Assembly (NCBI GenBank): GCA_965222225.1 | Contig: CBDCTK010000002.1 | Coordinates: 2,272,001-2,336,000, forward strand | Reading direction: 5' to 3' | Origin: Candidatus Poribacteria bacterium | GTDB lineage: Bacteria > Poribacteria > WGA-4E > JAJDTR01 | Length of the DNA stretch: 64,000 nucleotides | In this document: in pieces, positions 40,665 through 51,767 of the stretch | How positions within the stretch are numbered: position 1 is the stretch's first letter | How the letters are laid out: each line of letters begins with the position of its first letter | Made by a program: the position numbers and the translations under genes | The notes under the pieces: generated by a model | The model's input: the letters and a program-made list of their open reading frames with translations, nothing else | Told to the model about the DNA's origin: nothing | The model's database searches: none

Positions 40665-41627
40665 ATGATTCGCGTTATCAAGCCAGAGGGGTTTGGCAAC
40701 ATCCAGTTGGAAGAGGTGCCGATTCCGGAGATTGAGAGCCGCCAAGTATTGGTACGAACCCACACCACGTTAATCAGCCGCGGTTCCGAGCTATTCCGTC
40801 GGTACATTCGAGAGGAAGCGGTTTCCCCTGCGATCATGGGATACTCCCTTACCGGCAATGTCGAAAAAATCGGTCGCGATGTCACGGAGTACCAAGTCGG
40901 GCAACGAGTGATGGTCGCAGCTCCGCACGCCCAGTATGTTGTCGGCGATGCCGATTCGACGAGAGGCCACCTTTTTCCCCTTCCCGACGATGTGTCCTTT
41001 GAGGAAGGGACATTCCTATTGCTCTCCACGGAGGCAACAGCTTGGGCGGCATCGTCCGGCATCAAGAAGGCGGACACGGTTGTCATTCTCGGACAGGGAG
41101 TGGTCGGAAGTTTGATGATGCAGATAATGAGAGGATACGAGCCTGCCAGAATCATCACCGTAGACGCGCTTCCGTTGAGGTGCGAAATCTCCAAAGAATT
41201 GGGAACTGATATCGTTATCAATGCTTCGGATGAAAATCCGGTCGAGTCCGTTCGTCACCTAACCAATGGGAAGGGGGCGGATCTCGTAGTCGATTGCGTA
41301 GGCGGGTACGCAGGGATCGAATCGTTTGAGCAAGCACAGGAAATGGTACGCGCAAGAGGCACAATCCAACTCATCGCGGTCTATCAACAGGCGCCGCTCC
41401 CGCTACACGCCGCCAAAATCATGCACAAGCGCCTTGTGGCTGGCAACTTGTCGGATGAGCCGCTAACGCAAAGGGCTTTCCAGGCGCTAGAAAAGATTCG
41501 CACCGGCGAGATACAGGCCGCCAAAATGATTACCCATCGCTTCCCCTTCAGGCAGGCGAAAGAAGCGTTTGATTTCTTGTGGAGTTCGCCGGGTGAAGCG
41601 CTCGGTGTACTGCTAACTTGGAGATGA
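40665..41627 (+). CDS. MDR/zinc-binding dehydrogenase family
   Basis: ISRGSE, MGYS, GQGVVG, GADLVVDCVG, ITHRF. Confidence 0.88.
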   Translation: MIRVIKPEGFGNIQLEEVPIPEIESRQVLVRTHTTLISRGSELFRRYIREEAVSPAIMGYSLTGNVEKIGRDVTEYQVGQRVMVAAPHAQYVVGDADSTRGHLFPLPDDVSFEEGTFLLLSTEATAWAASSGIKKADTVVILGQGVVGSLMMQIMRGYEPARIITVDALPLRCEISKELGTDIVINASDENPVESVRHLTNGKGADLVVDCVGGYAGIESFEQAQEMVRARGTIQLIAVYQQAPLPLHAAKIMHKRLVAGNLSDEPLTQRAFQALEKIRTGEIQAAKMITHRFPFRQAKEAFDFLWSSPGEALGVLLTWR

Positions 41628-41676
41628 TTCACGCTACCGAGAAACTCCTTCCGATACACACAAGATTGGAGAGAAA

Positions 41677-42816
41677 GTGAAGATTACAAATATCGAAACT
41701 TATCCTATCTGGAATAGGAGCTGGAACTTTGTTTTCGTGGTCGTGGATACCGACGAGGGCATTTATGGCGTTGGCGAAGCCGGTAGTCCGGGGCGAGAAC
41801 AAGCGCTAATGGGTCTCATTGAACACTTTAAACCTATGCTTATCGGGCAGGATCCCGGTCGAATCGAGCATATTTGGCAAAGCCTCTTTCGAGGCCTTTT
41901 CTTTCCCGCCCAGCGCCTTGAGAGCGCGGCAATCTCCGCCATCGATATGGCGCTTTGGGATATAAAGGGGAAAGCGCTTGGCGTACCCGTCTATGACCTG
42001 CTTGGCGGCAGAGTGCGTGACAAAGTGGTTTGTTATCCCCATAACGTCGGGCATCAGATGGAGATCGCACCCTTGGTGGAATCCTGCCTCGAAACGAAGA
42101 CGGCGGGCTGGAAGTTTGTACGCTTCGGGTTGCCTAACGATGGAGAGACGCTTGAACCGAGGCCAGTTATTCTCACGTCCATCAAGCAGTTTCAGGCGGT
42201 CCGCGAAGCTATCGGTGATGAAATCGAGATCTGTTTCGACGTTCACACTCGGCTCGACCTGCCTGATGCGCTTTGGCTGTGTAAAGAGGTTGAGCAGTTC
42301 CACCCGTTCTTCATTGAAGATCCGTTACGCGCGGAGAACCCCGACTCGTTTAAGACGCTGCGCCCCCGCACGACCGTGCCTCTTGCCGCCGGGGAGCAGT
42401 TTTGCTCCAAGTGGGAGTTCCGTCAGCTTATTGAAGAGGAATGGATAGACTACGCGCGCATTGACCTTTGCCACGCCGGCGGCTTGACCGAAGCCAAGAA
42501 GATTGCCGGATGGTGCGAGACGCATTACATAAAGCTGGCGGTGCACAATCCGATGGGGCCCATCTCAACAGCCGCGTGTTTACACCTGAACCTTGCCTGC
42601 CCCAATTTCGGCGTACAGGAGCAAGCTACTCCTCCCGGAACCATTCTCACTGATTTGATTCCAGGGCAACCCGTGTGGGAGGACGGATACCTGCTACCCC
42701 CAACTGCCCCCGGTCTTGGGATTGAATTTAACCGAGAAGCCGCGCCGAAAGAGGCATCACATATGAGTGAGATGCCTCGACTTTGGCGGCTTGATGGCTC
42801 GGTCACAAATTGGTAA
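41677..42816 (+). CDS. Mandelate racemase/muconate lactonizing family
   Basis: Paralog of 26778; DVH, EDP, GEQ, HNP. Confidence 0.92.
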   Translation: MKITNIETYPIWNRSWNFVFVVVDTDEGIYGVGEAGSPGREQALMGLIEHFKPMLIGQDPGRIEHIWQSLFRGLFFPAQRLESAAISAIDMALWDIKGKALGVPVYDLLGGRVRDKVVCYPHNVGHQMEIAPLVESCLETKTAGWKFVRFGLPNDGETLEPRPVILTSIKQFQAVREAIGDEIEICFDVHTRLDLPDALWLCKEVEQFHPFFIEDPLRAENPDSFKTLRPRTTVPLAAGEQFCSKWEFRQLIEEEWIDYARIDLCHAGGLTEAKKIAGWCETHYIKLAVHNPMGPISTAACLHLNLACPNFGVQEQATPPGTILTDLIPGQPVWEDGYLLPPTAPGLGIEFNREAAPKEASHMSEMPRLWRLDGSVTNW

Positions 42817-42825
42817 GAATTGAGT

Positions 42826-42918
42826 GATCAAGCGAACGATCAGCTGAGCGGATAGCGAAGGCGATAGAGATCCCCTTGCCCCGCATTGGAGAGATTTGAT
42901 TGACGCCAATAATGCACT
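42826..42918 (+). repeat. 37-nt hairpin element (42838-42874) with a partial copy and a 3' flank shared with 31958-32000
   Basis: GATCAGCTGAGCGGATAGCGAAGGCGATAGAGATCCC, then CTTGCCCCGCAT..GATTTGATT..AATGCACT. Confidence 0.8.
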
Positions 42919-42976
42919 GTGAATTTTGGGAAATGGCATAACCACTCCTGTCTCGGTAAATAGCCAAGGTGAATGA

Positions 42977-44827
42977 ATGGTCAACGAGAGACGAATTATT
43001 TCCTGTCGTGCCGAACCTGCAGATCCCTTTGTTTGCGGCGATCTAGTAACCTGCGCCCTCGTCATCCGTGTCGCGGAAGACATCCTTCCGGACGGCAACA
43101 TCCGCTTCTACTTCACCGAATCGCCCTACTATCAAAGTCCGCCGAACTACGGACTGCCGGCAAAAGGATTCGTCTTTTTCGCGCGTCTACACTTTCAGAC
43201 GGACAATCCCCAAGGAATGGGATACATTACCGCAGAAACCAAGTCAGGGCAATCCGTCACAATCGAGTTGGCTCCGGGGCGTTGTTTCTTCACGATAGTC
43301 TGTGAGAAGGGGTTGACCGCCGGGGAGGCACTTGTTGTTACAATCGGCGATAAGCGCGCGGGTGGCCCCGGGATTGAAGTCGCACATCACCCAACCTATG
43401 GTGACTGGCAATTGGTCTGCGATCTGGATCGCGAGGGTATTGGCAACTTTGTACGACAGGACTTGATGCCCCACATGCGTGTCATCACTGCCCCTCCCAG
43501 CCACGTGTTGGCTCGGGCGAAGTCAAAAACACAGCCGGAGACGCCCGCCGATTTACAGATTACGGTGACCGACCGATTTGGAAACCACGTGGAAGATTTT
43601 CGAGGAACCTTTCGCCCCTTGGAGAATGAAGCGAACCACACGGCGAGAAACGAGTTTAGCTTAGAACCCAAAGATATCGGCTCAAAGTGTTGGCAGAATG
43701 CCGCCGTCTTTCACGAAGAAGGAATACACCGTGTCAAAGTCGAGTCGGTTGGCTTGCCGGGGGACGCACCACTGCGCGGTGTAAGCCCTCCCGTGGTTTG
43801 TGATTCGCGGGAGGACGATTACCAGCTTCTTTGGGGCGACATCCACGGTCACTCCTACTGTTCCGACGGCACCCACTCTCCCGAACATTACTACGGCTAC
43901 GGTCGAGATGTCGGCTATCTCGATTTCTGCGCGCTAACCGATCACGACACCTTCAGCCATGGGTTATGGCAGGGCCTGATGGATTCGGCCGAGAATGCAA
44001 ATGAACCCGGCAGATTCACAACCTTTCTGGGATATGAGTGGTTCGGGGAGTGGCCCCAGTCGATTTGTGTCCTTTTCAAGAACGCCGTTGGCGGATATTA
44101 TCCGGGCAATCTGAAAACCAGCCGCCATCCACAAGACCTGATTGGTCTGATTAAGGACGAAGATGCGATGATCGTCCGCCACGACATGCCGCCGCCGGGA
44201 AACCGCTGGGAACAACTGGATTCTTCCGGTCTATTGGAACGTCTGGTTGAAATCTATTCGCCGTTTCATTCCAGTGAGACCGCGCACAGCCCCGGCGCCC
44301 GAGGCGCGTTGGACGATGGAAATAGCATTCAAGCTGCCCTTGGTGACGGGTTGCACTTCGGCTTTGTGGGCTGCTCCGACACACACATTTCAATGCCGGG
44401 ACGTCGGCAAGGAGTATCCAAAGGCATGCCGGGCTATCGGGCGGGCATCTACGGACTGACGGCGGTGTATGCCGCAGAGAACACGCGGGAAGCGGTTTTC
44501 GATGCTCTTCTAACCCGACGCTGTTACGCGGCAACCGATCGCATCTACCTCGACTTTCAGGTCAACAATCAGCCGATGGGATCGGAGCTGCATCTCCGCG
44601 AACCGCGAGTCATCATGGCGCGCGCCGCCGGCACCTTTCCCTTCGCCCAAGTTCAGCTTATCAAGAATAACACTGTCATTCACAGCACAGCCCAAGGCGC
44701 CTTAGAAACTGAGTTCGAGTATGTTGATAAAACGGAAATCTGTCCAAACGACTATTACTATCTTCGGATAACCCAAAAAGACGGCAGCATGGCATGGTCA
44801 AGCCCCGTGTGGGTCAATCCGTTGTAG
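42977..44827 (+). CDS. DUF3604/CehA-McbA-like PHP metallohydrolase
   Basis: WGDIHGHS..SDG, ALTDHD, GYEW, SDTH, AWSSPVW. Confidence 0.85.
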   Translation: MVNERRIISCRAEPADPFVCGDLVTCALVIRVAEDILPDGNIRFYFTESPYYQSPPNYGLPAKGFVFFARLHFQTDNPQGMGYITAETKSGQSVTIELAPGRCFFTIVCEKGLTAGEALVVTIGDKRAGGPGIEVAHHPTYGDWQLVCDLDREGIGNFVRQDLMPHMRVITAPPSHVLARAKSKTQPETPADLQITVTDRFGNHVEDFRGTFRPLENEANHTARNEFSLEPKDIGSKCWQNAAVFHEEGIHRVKVESVGLPGDAPLRGVSPPVVCDSREDDYQLLWGDIHGHSYCSDGTHSPEHYYGYGRDVGYLDFCALTDHDTFSHGLWQGLMDSAENANEPGRFTTFLGYEWFGEWPQSICVLFKNAVGGYYPGNLKTSRHPQDLIGLIKDEDAMIVRHDMPPPGNRWEQLDSSGLLERLVEIYSPFHSSETAHSPGARGALDDGNSIQAALGDGLHFGFVGCSDTHISMPGRRQGVSKGMPGYRAGIYGLTAVYAAENTREAVFDALLTRRCYAATDRIYLDFQVNNQPMGSELHLREPRVIMARAAGTFPFAQVQLIKNNTVIHSTAQGALETEFEYVDKTEICPNDYYYLRITQKDGSMAWSSPVWVNPL

Positions 44828-44849
44828 GCACTGCGGCGCGAGACAACGG

Positions 44850-45650
44850 ATGCCGATTGTATCTCAAGCGGACAATACCTACGGAGTCAAAGTGGCAAGC
44901 AATTTGGAAGGGCGAGTGGCTCTAGTTACCGGTGGAGGCGCGGGAATCGGCAGAGCCGCGGCGTTGGCGCTGATTCGAGAAGGCGCAAAGGTCGCTATCG
45001 CCGATCTCAATCGGAAAGCCGGCGAGAGAGCATTAAGAATGATAAAATCTGCCGGTGGCGAAGGCATCTTTATTGAAGCCGACGTGTCCGATGCAGCCGA
45101 GGTCAAGAAGATGGTAAGGGCAACCGCTAATACCTATGGACGCTTGGATTGTGCCGTCAATAACGCCGGCATTTTTCGGGGAATCAACTCATCAACGCAC
45201 AGGTGTACCGAGAAGATATGGGATGCGGTCATGCACGTCAATCTTAAGGCGGTATGGTTGTGCATGAAGTACGAACTCCCGCAGATGCTCAAACAGGGCA
45301 ATGGGGTAATCGTCAATATGTCGTCGATTGCCGGCTTGGTCGGCTTAGAGGAGATGTCCGCATATGCAGCCAGCAAGCACGGCGTCGTTGGACTGACCAA
45401 ATCTGCCGCCCTGGAATACGCCCGGCAGGGCATACGAATTAACGCGGTGTGTCCCGGTAGCATCAATAGACCCACAGTCCGCGGGGACAAGGTCTGGACA
45501 GTGGAGAAACCGGACAACGGGCTCCATCCGATGGGCAGATTCTGCACCTCGGAGGAAGTTGCGGAGGCCGTCGTATGGCTATGCTCGGATGCCGCTTCGT
45601 TTGTCACCGGGCACACGCTGGTTGTGGATGGCGGTCGAATTGCTCAATAG
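44850..45650 (+). CDS. Short-chain dehydrogenase/reductase
   Basis: TGGGAGIG, NNAG, YAASK. Confidence 0.93.
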   Translation: MPIVSQADNTYGVKVASNLEGRVALVTGGGAGIGRAAALALIREGAKVAIADLNRKAGERALRMIKSAGGEGIFIEADVSDAAEVKKMVRATANTYGRLDCAVNNAGIFRGINSSTHRCTEKIWDAVMHVNLKAVWLCMKYELPQMLKQGNGVIVNMSSIAGLVGLEEMSAYAASKHGVVGLTKSAALEYARQGIRINAVCPGSINRPTVRGDKVWTVEKPDNGLHPMGRFCTSEEVAEAVVWLCSDAASFVTGHTLVVDGGRIAQ

Positions 45651-45753
45651 CGAAACTTGAGTTCCTAGGCCGTAACCTCACGGGTATAAGTCGCCCCTGC
45701 CTGCTCAATGCAACATAGTTTACGGTCAGACTTTCAGTTGACGAGGTCTTAGG

Positions 45754-46484
45754 GTGGTCGGACAATTCAAGAACAATGTGGCTCTCGTGACCGGAGGAAG
45801 TTCAGGAATTGGTAGGGCTTCGGCGCTCGCATTCGCCAAAGAAGGCGCAACGGTCGCCATTGCGGACTTAGCTGTTGAGGGAGGCAAAGAAACAGAATCC
45901 ATCATCAGAGAATCCGGCGGTACCGCTATTTTCACAGAAGTGGATGTGTCCAAGGCGAGTGAAGTTGAAGCGATGATCGACACGGTTGTCGGAACCTATG
46001 GCAGATTGGACTACGCCCACAATAACGCCGGAATCTTGGGAAAGTTGGCGCCTACTGCCGAGTGCACGGAAGAAAACTGGGAAAACGTCATCAACACGAA
46101 CCTCAAAGGGGTTTGGTTGTGTATGAAATACGAAATTGCCAAGATGCGCGGGCGCGCCATTGTCAACACCTCATCGGTTTTCGGATTAAAAGGGGTCTGA
46201 ACTTGCCCGCCTACATTGCGAGCAAACATGGGGTCATCGGAGCAACAAAAGCCGCTGCAGCCGAATATGTACATCGGGGTATTCGGATTAATGCGGTGTG
46301 TCCGGATGCCATTCGCACACCGATGCAGGAACGCCTAATGGGGGTGCCCTTTGGACGTCCGCCCGAGGAGGTCGCACAAGCCGTGGTGTGGCTGTGTTCG
46401 GATGCCAGCTCCGCTACAACGGGCGAAACGCTGACATATCGACAATGGACGCGGCGGATTGCCGAGAGTCAACAGAAAATCTAA
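45754..46484 (+). pseudogene. SDR paralog frameshifted near 46195
   Basis: TGGSSGIG and NNAG in one frame; YIASKHG and INAVCP in the next. Confidence 0.85.
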
Positions 46485-46980
46485 CGTCTCGTGCGCCCGC
46501 CTCTGTGGAAGTCCTTTACCAAAACGTAATGATAGCGGCCATATGTTTCGAGGTTGACTGGACGCTGAATCGCATATGCCAATGCCTGTCGCCGGCTGGC
46601 CCGTTGTGAAGCTTGAGCGAGACAGCCAGCCGATACTTACTCCCGATGTACCGGTACTTGTTGAACCGGGCGGACGAATTGGGGTAAACTATCACCTACC
46701 TCAGCTGCAGGCGGGAGCGCGCTGTCAGTCCATCCTATTCTGTGACCACTCAGCGGCTCACTACTGTCAACTTAACCCCTACTGGGAGGGCGAGATTAAA
46801 GGAACGTGGCAGGTCATTGAAGAATCTACGCACCTTGATTCGTAACGTAGCAATTCATTGCGCATATAGACGGGGCTTTATTCCCTACCAAAGCCACGCA
46901 GCACGAAATAGTTGGAAAAACTCTCGGCTTAACTTCTTGCGTAAGCCCTATTCAAACTAACACCGTACAGGGGACAAGCG

Positions 46981-47667
46981 ATGAGACTGATATTGATAGG
47001 CTCCGAATACGCGGGCAAAACAACACTGGCTAACGAAATCACCGCGTGGCTTAAACAGACAACGGGCGGTGGTCGAACCTTCCACGATCACTTCACCATT
47101 CCTCCATCCGAACTGCCGGAAGCCGAGCAGGAAGAATTCCTGGAAATGTCGCCCGAACTTCAAGCAATGTTCCAACGCTATTCGCGCGAATACCATCTTC
47201 TCCCGTCGTTTTACGCCGACCCCGACCACATGTTAGTCGGCTTCCACATCGAAGAGGCGGTTTATGCGCCTCTGTATTACAGCTACGGTGGTTCAGACGA
47301 CTTCTCGGCGGCGGCGCGGGCAATGGAGCAGCGAATCTTGGAACAGGCTCCCGACACCGTACTCATCTTGCTCAAGGCTTCGCCGGAAGTGATTGCAAAA
47401 CGGATGTGGGAAACCCCACACCAACACACCGTCCTCCAAGAACAAGACATTGAGCATGTTCTTCAGCGGTTCGAGGAGCAATACCAACAATCGCTGTTGA
47501 GCGGGAAGTTTGTGCTTGATACGACTTCGGTGACGGTGGACGAAACGCTCGCGGAATTCGCTGCCCGGATAGATCCGTTTCTCTCACAGACCGATCGCCT
47601 GAGAATGATGACCCACCAAGCCTTACAACAGAACAAAGAATTTTTTAAGCTACCCACTGATTCGTAA
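46981..47667 (+). CDS. P-loop NMP-kinase-like protein, paralog 1
   Basis: LILIGSEYAGKTT; LLKASPEVIAKR; LDTT. Confidence 0.75.
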   Translation: MRLILIGSEYAGKTTLANEITAWLKQTTGGGRTFHDHFTIPPSELPEAEQEEFLEMSPELQAMFQRYSREYHLLPSFYADPDHMLVGFHIEEAVYAPLYYSYGGSDDFSAAARAMEQRILEQAPDTVLILLKASPEVIAKRMWETPHQHTVLQEQDIEHVLQRFEEQYQQSLLSGKFVLDTTSVTVDETLAEFAARIDPFLSQTDRLRMMTHQALQQNKEFFKLPTDS

Positions 47668-47833
47668 CCGGATTCGCCTTATTCTGCACCACGGACATGT
47701 AAAGACAGTGACCCGTGTCAGCGGCCAGTTGCCAGTAAACCCAACAATCTTACTGACCACAGGCCTCTGGATACTGTTTCGCATGTCGTCGTGTACACAC
47801 TTCAGACAAAAATATCCTACAGGAGCAAACATC

Positions 47834-48673
47834 ATGCACACGCCACGCATTGATGACCGTGATTGGTCCGCATTGAGCCTCGGCGAGCGTATCCGCCAAA
47901 TTGAGGTCGAAGGCTACCTACTATTGCCGGATCTCCTAACACCCGAACATGTCGCCCGGTTAAAGACAGAAACCGCGAAACTGAAAACACGTCCTGTCGA
48001 TTACAGCGTCCACCAGCAGGGCTGCCCCGACATTCAATTCATCGGTGGCGCAATTACTGAGTTGGCTGCGCATCCTCCCACCCTCGCCTTTTTGCGAGAG
48101 CTTTTCGGCGATGAGGTCATTGTAATGTCGTATGGATACGCGCGTTCCGAGCCGGGACACCCGGGAATCAGTCTCCATACCGACGGACAGCCCTACGGCT
48201 CTGCGATATTCGGCTATGGGGGCAGTGTTCCCGCCATGGTTCGGGTGCTGTACTACTTGGACGATCTTACCACGGAAGTCTCGCCATTCCGGGTCGTGCC
48301 CCGATCTCACCTCTCCCTACACGCGGACGGCAACCCGTACAAGCGTTACGAGTCCCATCCCGAAGAGGTAATGGTTCCCGCGAAGGCTGGCTCCGCGGTG
48401 CTAATCAATCACAAGGTCTTCCACGGCAATTTCCCCAACATCGGCGACAGGGCGCGTAGGATGTTGGCGATAGCCTATCGCCCGGCGTGGGCAGGCCCCA
48501 TCAAAGAGGTATCCACTTGGGATGAGTCGGAGGTGGCGCAATTGCCCGACAACTTACGCCCCTTGTATGGAGATTGTAACACTCGACATGCGGATTTCCA
48601 CGGCGGAAATAAACCACCCAACATGGCGCGTGAAGCGCTAGGCTTGAATCCGAGCCGCTGGGAACGCATGTAA
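47834..48673 (+). CDS. Phytanoyl-CoA dioxygenase (PhyH) family Fe/2OG dioxygenase
   Basis: AGGAG RBS; EGYLLLPD, LHTD, VPRSH, VFHG..N..R. Confidence 0.88.
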   Translation: MHTPRIDDRDWSALSLGERIRQIEVEGYLLLPDLLTPEHVARLKTETAKLKTRPVDYSVHQQGCPDIQFIGGAITELAAHPPTLAFLRELFGDEVIVMSYGYARSEPGHPGISLHTDGQPYGSAIFGYGGSVPAMVRVLYYLDDLTTEVSPFRVVPRSHLSLHADGNPYKRYESHPEEVMVPAKAGSAVLINHKVFHGNFPNIGDRARRMLAIAYRPAWAGPIKEVSTWDESEVAQLPDNLRPLYGDCNTRHADFHGGNKPPNMAREALGLNPSRWERM

Positions 48674-48875
48674 AGCCCAAATACGACTTTCGCAAATACG
48701 TTGAAACAAGATAAAATCATGCACTCATTTCAAGAGGAAGTGCGAAGGTGATGCCTCGAAACCGAGATTTTTCTTCAAAACTCGGTTTCTTTTGCAGGCT
48801 GTCTTGGTCTCAAGAACCCAAAATGCGTAAGTCTTACCAAATTCACATTGACGCCAGAATATTGAGGAGCACAAC

Positions 48876-49655
48876 ATGAAACTTATTCTCGTAGGCTGCG
48901 AGTATTCCGGAAAGACGACGTTGCAACTGTTGATTTCCGCATGGCTGCAGCGCATCACCGGTTCGCATCGTCCATTTTTCCATGATCACTTTGGTCTGCC
49001 TTCGGGCGAACGTCCGCCGATTAACTCTCAATACCCCGTGGTGATTCAAGAAGAGGTGATGGCGCTGAGTCCCAAACTCAAGGAGATGTTCCAGCGCTAC
49101 GTGATTGAATATCACCTTGGCTCCTCCTTTTATGAATATCCCGACCACGGCTTGGTAGGCTTCCACATTGAGGAAGCGGTGTACGCACCGTTATACTATG
49201 GTTACGGTGGCCCCGGCGAGTATGCCGATCGGCGCGTGCTCGCCCGATGGATTGAGGCAGACATCATGGAAAAGGCGCCCGAGACCGTGCTCGTACTGCT
49301 TAAAGCGTCGGCAGAGGTCATTGCGAAACGAATGCGCGAAAACCCGCACCCGAAAGGACTTCTGCAAGAACAAGATATCGAACACGTCCTCCGCCGATTT
49401 GAGGAGGAATACAACAGTTCGCTCATTCGGAAGCGGTTCGTTCTAGATACCAGCGAGGCGACGATAGACGATACATTCTCTGAATTCGTGACCACCATAC
49501 AACTGCATCTGACAGACGACGATCGGTTGCGAATCTTGGGTGGGGCGACTCCCACCCGGCGCGCCGCGGTAGATGCGGACATCCGGTACTTTCGGCGTGA
49601 GGATTTGCGTCGCATTCTATCGATTGGCTCCCCTTCAAAACAAGGGGACGGATAA
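48876..49655 (+). CDS. P-loop NMP-kinase-like protein, paralog 2
   Basis: LILVGCEYSGKTT; shares FHDHF and LVGFHIEEAVYAPLYY with 46981. Confidence 0.75.
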   Translation: MKLILVGCEYSGKTTLQLLISAWLQRITGSHRPFFHDHFGLPSGERPPINSQYPVVIQEEVMALSPKLKEMFQRYVIEYHLGSSFYEYPDHGLVGFHIEEAVYAPLYYGYGGPGEYADRRVLARWIEADIMEKAPETVLVLLKASAEVIAKRMRENPHPKGLLQEQDIEHVLRRFEEEYNSSLIRKRFVLDTSEATIDDTFSEFVTTIQLHLTDDDRLRILGGATPTRRAAVDADIRYFRREDLRRILSIGSPSKQGDG

Positions 49656-49749
49656 CGTGGGTTCGAAAATTGAAGAACGGCACTATTTCAGAATAGCTGG
49701 TTAACGAACACTCTGAACTACGCCAACTGAATGTTGGGACACCGCGAAC

Positions 49750-51309
49750 ATGACAGAACAAACGAAAGACGAGGATAAATCCCAAGCGCAACTCATCAAT
49801 GAATTGCAACTCATCCGCTGGCGCGTGGGGAAATTTGAACAAGACGAACTCCGGTACAAGCAGTTCTTGGAGGAATACGAGGAGACGGTGACGGAGCATT
49901 TCGACATCTATTACCATTCCCACGACATGGTTGTTTCTGTCGATATGCAGACGGAAAAAGTCCTCCAGTGTAACAAGGCTGTGATTGAAACATTGGGCTA
50001 CGGCAGAGCGGAGATTGTTGGACATCCCGTTTTTCAGTTGTATCATCAAGACTATGTCGAAGATGCGAAGGAACTGTTTCGTGTTATCACGGAGACCGGT
50101 GAAATACGCGACGCCGAACAGACGTTGTGGAAAAGGGATGGGGGCAAAATCAGCGTGAGTTTGAATGCCACAAGCATCCGCAATGAAAACGAGAATCCAA
50201 CTTCGATGCTATTTGATTGGCGCAACATCACCCGGCGTGCGGTGGAAATCGGCGATTTACGCTCCGAAAATCGCCAACTCAAGGAGCATCTGCGTTCCAA
50301 CAGACCCGAACATCCCGAAGTGTTTTCCGACATTGTTACCCAAGATCCGGCGATGTACTCAATTTTTCACCAAGTGGAATCCATCGCAGTCACCGGACAG
50401 CCTGTATTGATAACGGGGGAAACGGGGGTTGGCAAGGAGAAGATTGCGGAGGCTATCCACCAACTGAGCGGGAGATTAGGGGAATTTGTCCCGGTCAATA
50501 TCGCCGGACTTGATGACCTGATGTTTTCGGACACCTTTTTTGGTCACAGAAGGGGTGCATTCACCGGCGCCGATTCGGCGCGCCACGGCTTGATTGAACA
50601 AGCGTCGGGCGGCACGCTATTCCTTGATGAGATTGGTGACCTCGGTATGGAATCACAAACGAAGCTCCTACGCTTTTTACAGGATGGAGAATACCGTCAT
50701 CTGGGTGAAGACGCCCCAATTGGAAGCAACGTTAGGATCGTTGCGGCAACCAATCAAACAATTGAATCGCTCACGGGAAGTGGGAACTTTCGCAGCAACC
50801 TCTACTATCGCCTCGAAACCCATCATATTCATCTGCCTCCGCTGCGTGAGCGCAAGGGGGACATTCCTTTGCTCGTATCCCATTTCCTCAAACGAGCCGC
50901 CGAAAGGCTCGGAAAGAAAATACCCGTCCCACCACCGGAACTCTTTACGTTGCTTTCGACCTACCACTTCCCCGGAAACATCAGGGAGCTTGAGGGGATG
51001 GTGAATGATGCCGTTAGCGGGCACGAAGGCGGCGTACTCTCCACCGAACCCTTCCGCCGGAAAATTGACGAGCACACTTCTGTTTCCCCCAGAGATGGGG
51101 CGCTTAAAGTTGGCGCGGTTACGTTCTCGGATACCCTGTCTTTGCTGCAGGAGCTCCCGGCGCTGAAAGAAATTCAAGACCTGGTGATTGCCGAAGCTCT
51201 CCAGCGCGCAGACGGCAATCAAACGATTGCGGCTCGACTCTTGGGCATGTCAAAACAGGCGTTGAACAATCGTTTAAACCGTGCGCGAAATTCAACGAAC
51301 GGAGGCTGA
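49750..51309 (+). CDS. PAS-domain sigma54-dependent transcriptional activator (Fis HTH)
   Basis: PAS; GETGVGKE; GAFTGA; LFLDEIGD; PGNIREL; [11 protein letters not shown]. Confidence 0.93.
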   Translation: MTEQTKDEDKSQAQLINELQLIRWRVGKFEQDELRYKQFLEEYEETVTEHFDIYYHSHDMVVSVDMQTEKVLQCNKAVIETLGYGRAEIVGHPVFQLYHQDYVEDAKELFRVITETGEIRDAEQTLWKRDGGKISVSLNATSIRNENENPTSMLFDWRNITRRAVEIGDLRSENRQLKEHLRSNRPEHPEVFSDIVTQDPAMYSIFHQVESIAVTGQPVLITGETGVGKEKIAEAIHQLSGRLGEFVPVNIAGLDDLMFSDTFFGHRRGAFTGADSARHGLIEQASGGTLFLDEIGDLGMESQTKLLRFLQDGEYRHLGEDAPIGSNVRIVAATNQTIESLTGSGNFRSNLYYRLETHHIHLPPLRERKGDIPLLVSHFLKRAAERLGKKIPVPPPELFTLLSTYHFPGNIRELEGMVNDAVSGHEGGVLSTEPFRRKIDEHTSVSPRDGALKVGAVTFSDTLSLLQELPALKEIQDLVIAEALQRADGNQTIAARLLGMSKQALNNRLNRARNSTNGG

Positions 51310-51388
51310 AACGGTGTTTGCTTTTCCAAGCCACTCTTTTCTCTTTGATTCTTCTGTCTTTGCCTCGCAACTGCCGCGCCCAAAAGAG

Positions 51389-51502
51389 GTCAACATTTGT
51401 GAATTTGTCCACTTTTGTTTACATTTGCCCAAGCCCTTAGATGGTAAGGGTTCAAACGCCTCTTGAGCCGAGTTTTCCCGAATTACGTCAACAAACGTTG
51501 AC
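51389..51502. promoter_or_regulatory. Three GTCAAC-N4-GTTGAC-like sites, putative activator UAS
   Basis: GTCAACatttGTGAAT (51389), GTCCACttttGTTTAC (51407), GTCAACaaacGTTGAC (51487), about 115-230 bp upstream of the sigma54 site. Confidence 0.6.
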
Positions 51503-51616
51503 TGCCTTTGTACTTCGCTCATCTACTTCTCCTCTCCAGCGCGAAAAGCCCCTGAACCCCCACTGTACCTAGGCGCAGCGCCTTCACCAACGCCAAATTG
51601 ATGCCCGTTTTCGCTT

Positions 51617-51633
51617 TTGGCATAGGGCTTGCT
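51617..51633 (+). promoter_or_regulatory. Sigma54 (-24/-12) promoter
   Basis: TTGGCATAGGGCTTGCT with GG at 51619-20 and GC at 51631-32, canonical spacing. Confidence 0.8.
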
Positions 51634-51767
51634 GTAATACATCAACGAAACGTGAGTCGATAGCCGTTCCACGATAAGCGAACGGTTATCGCAAGCGAGA
51701 GGAGCATTCGGTTTCCTCCGCGATTCAACCTATAACCAGTATCATTGAGACGAAAGGATAGGGAAAC

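Noticed and set aside
46480-46845. Short ORFs here and at 18043-18474 and 57698-58240
   Set aside because: Possibly gene fragments, but with no recognisable motif, start or RBS.
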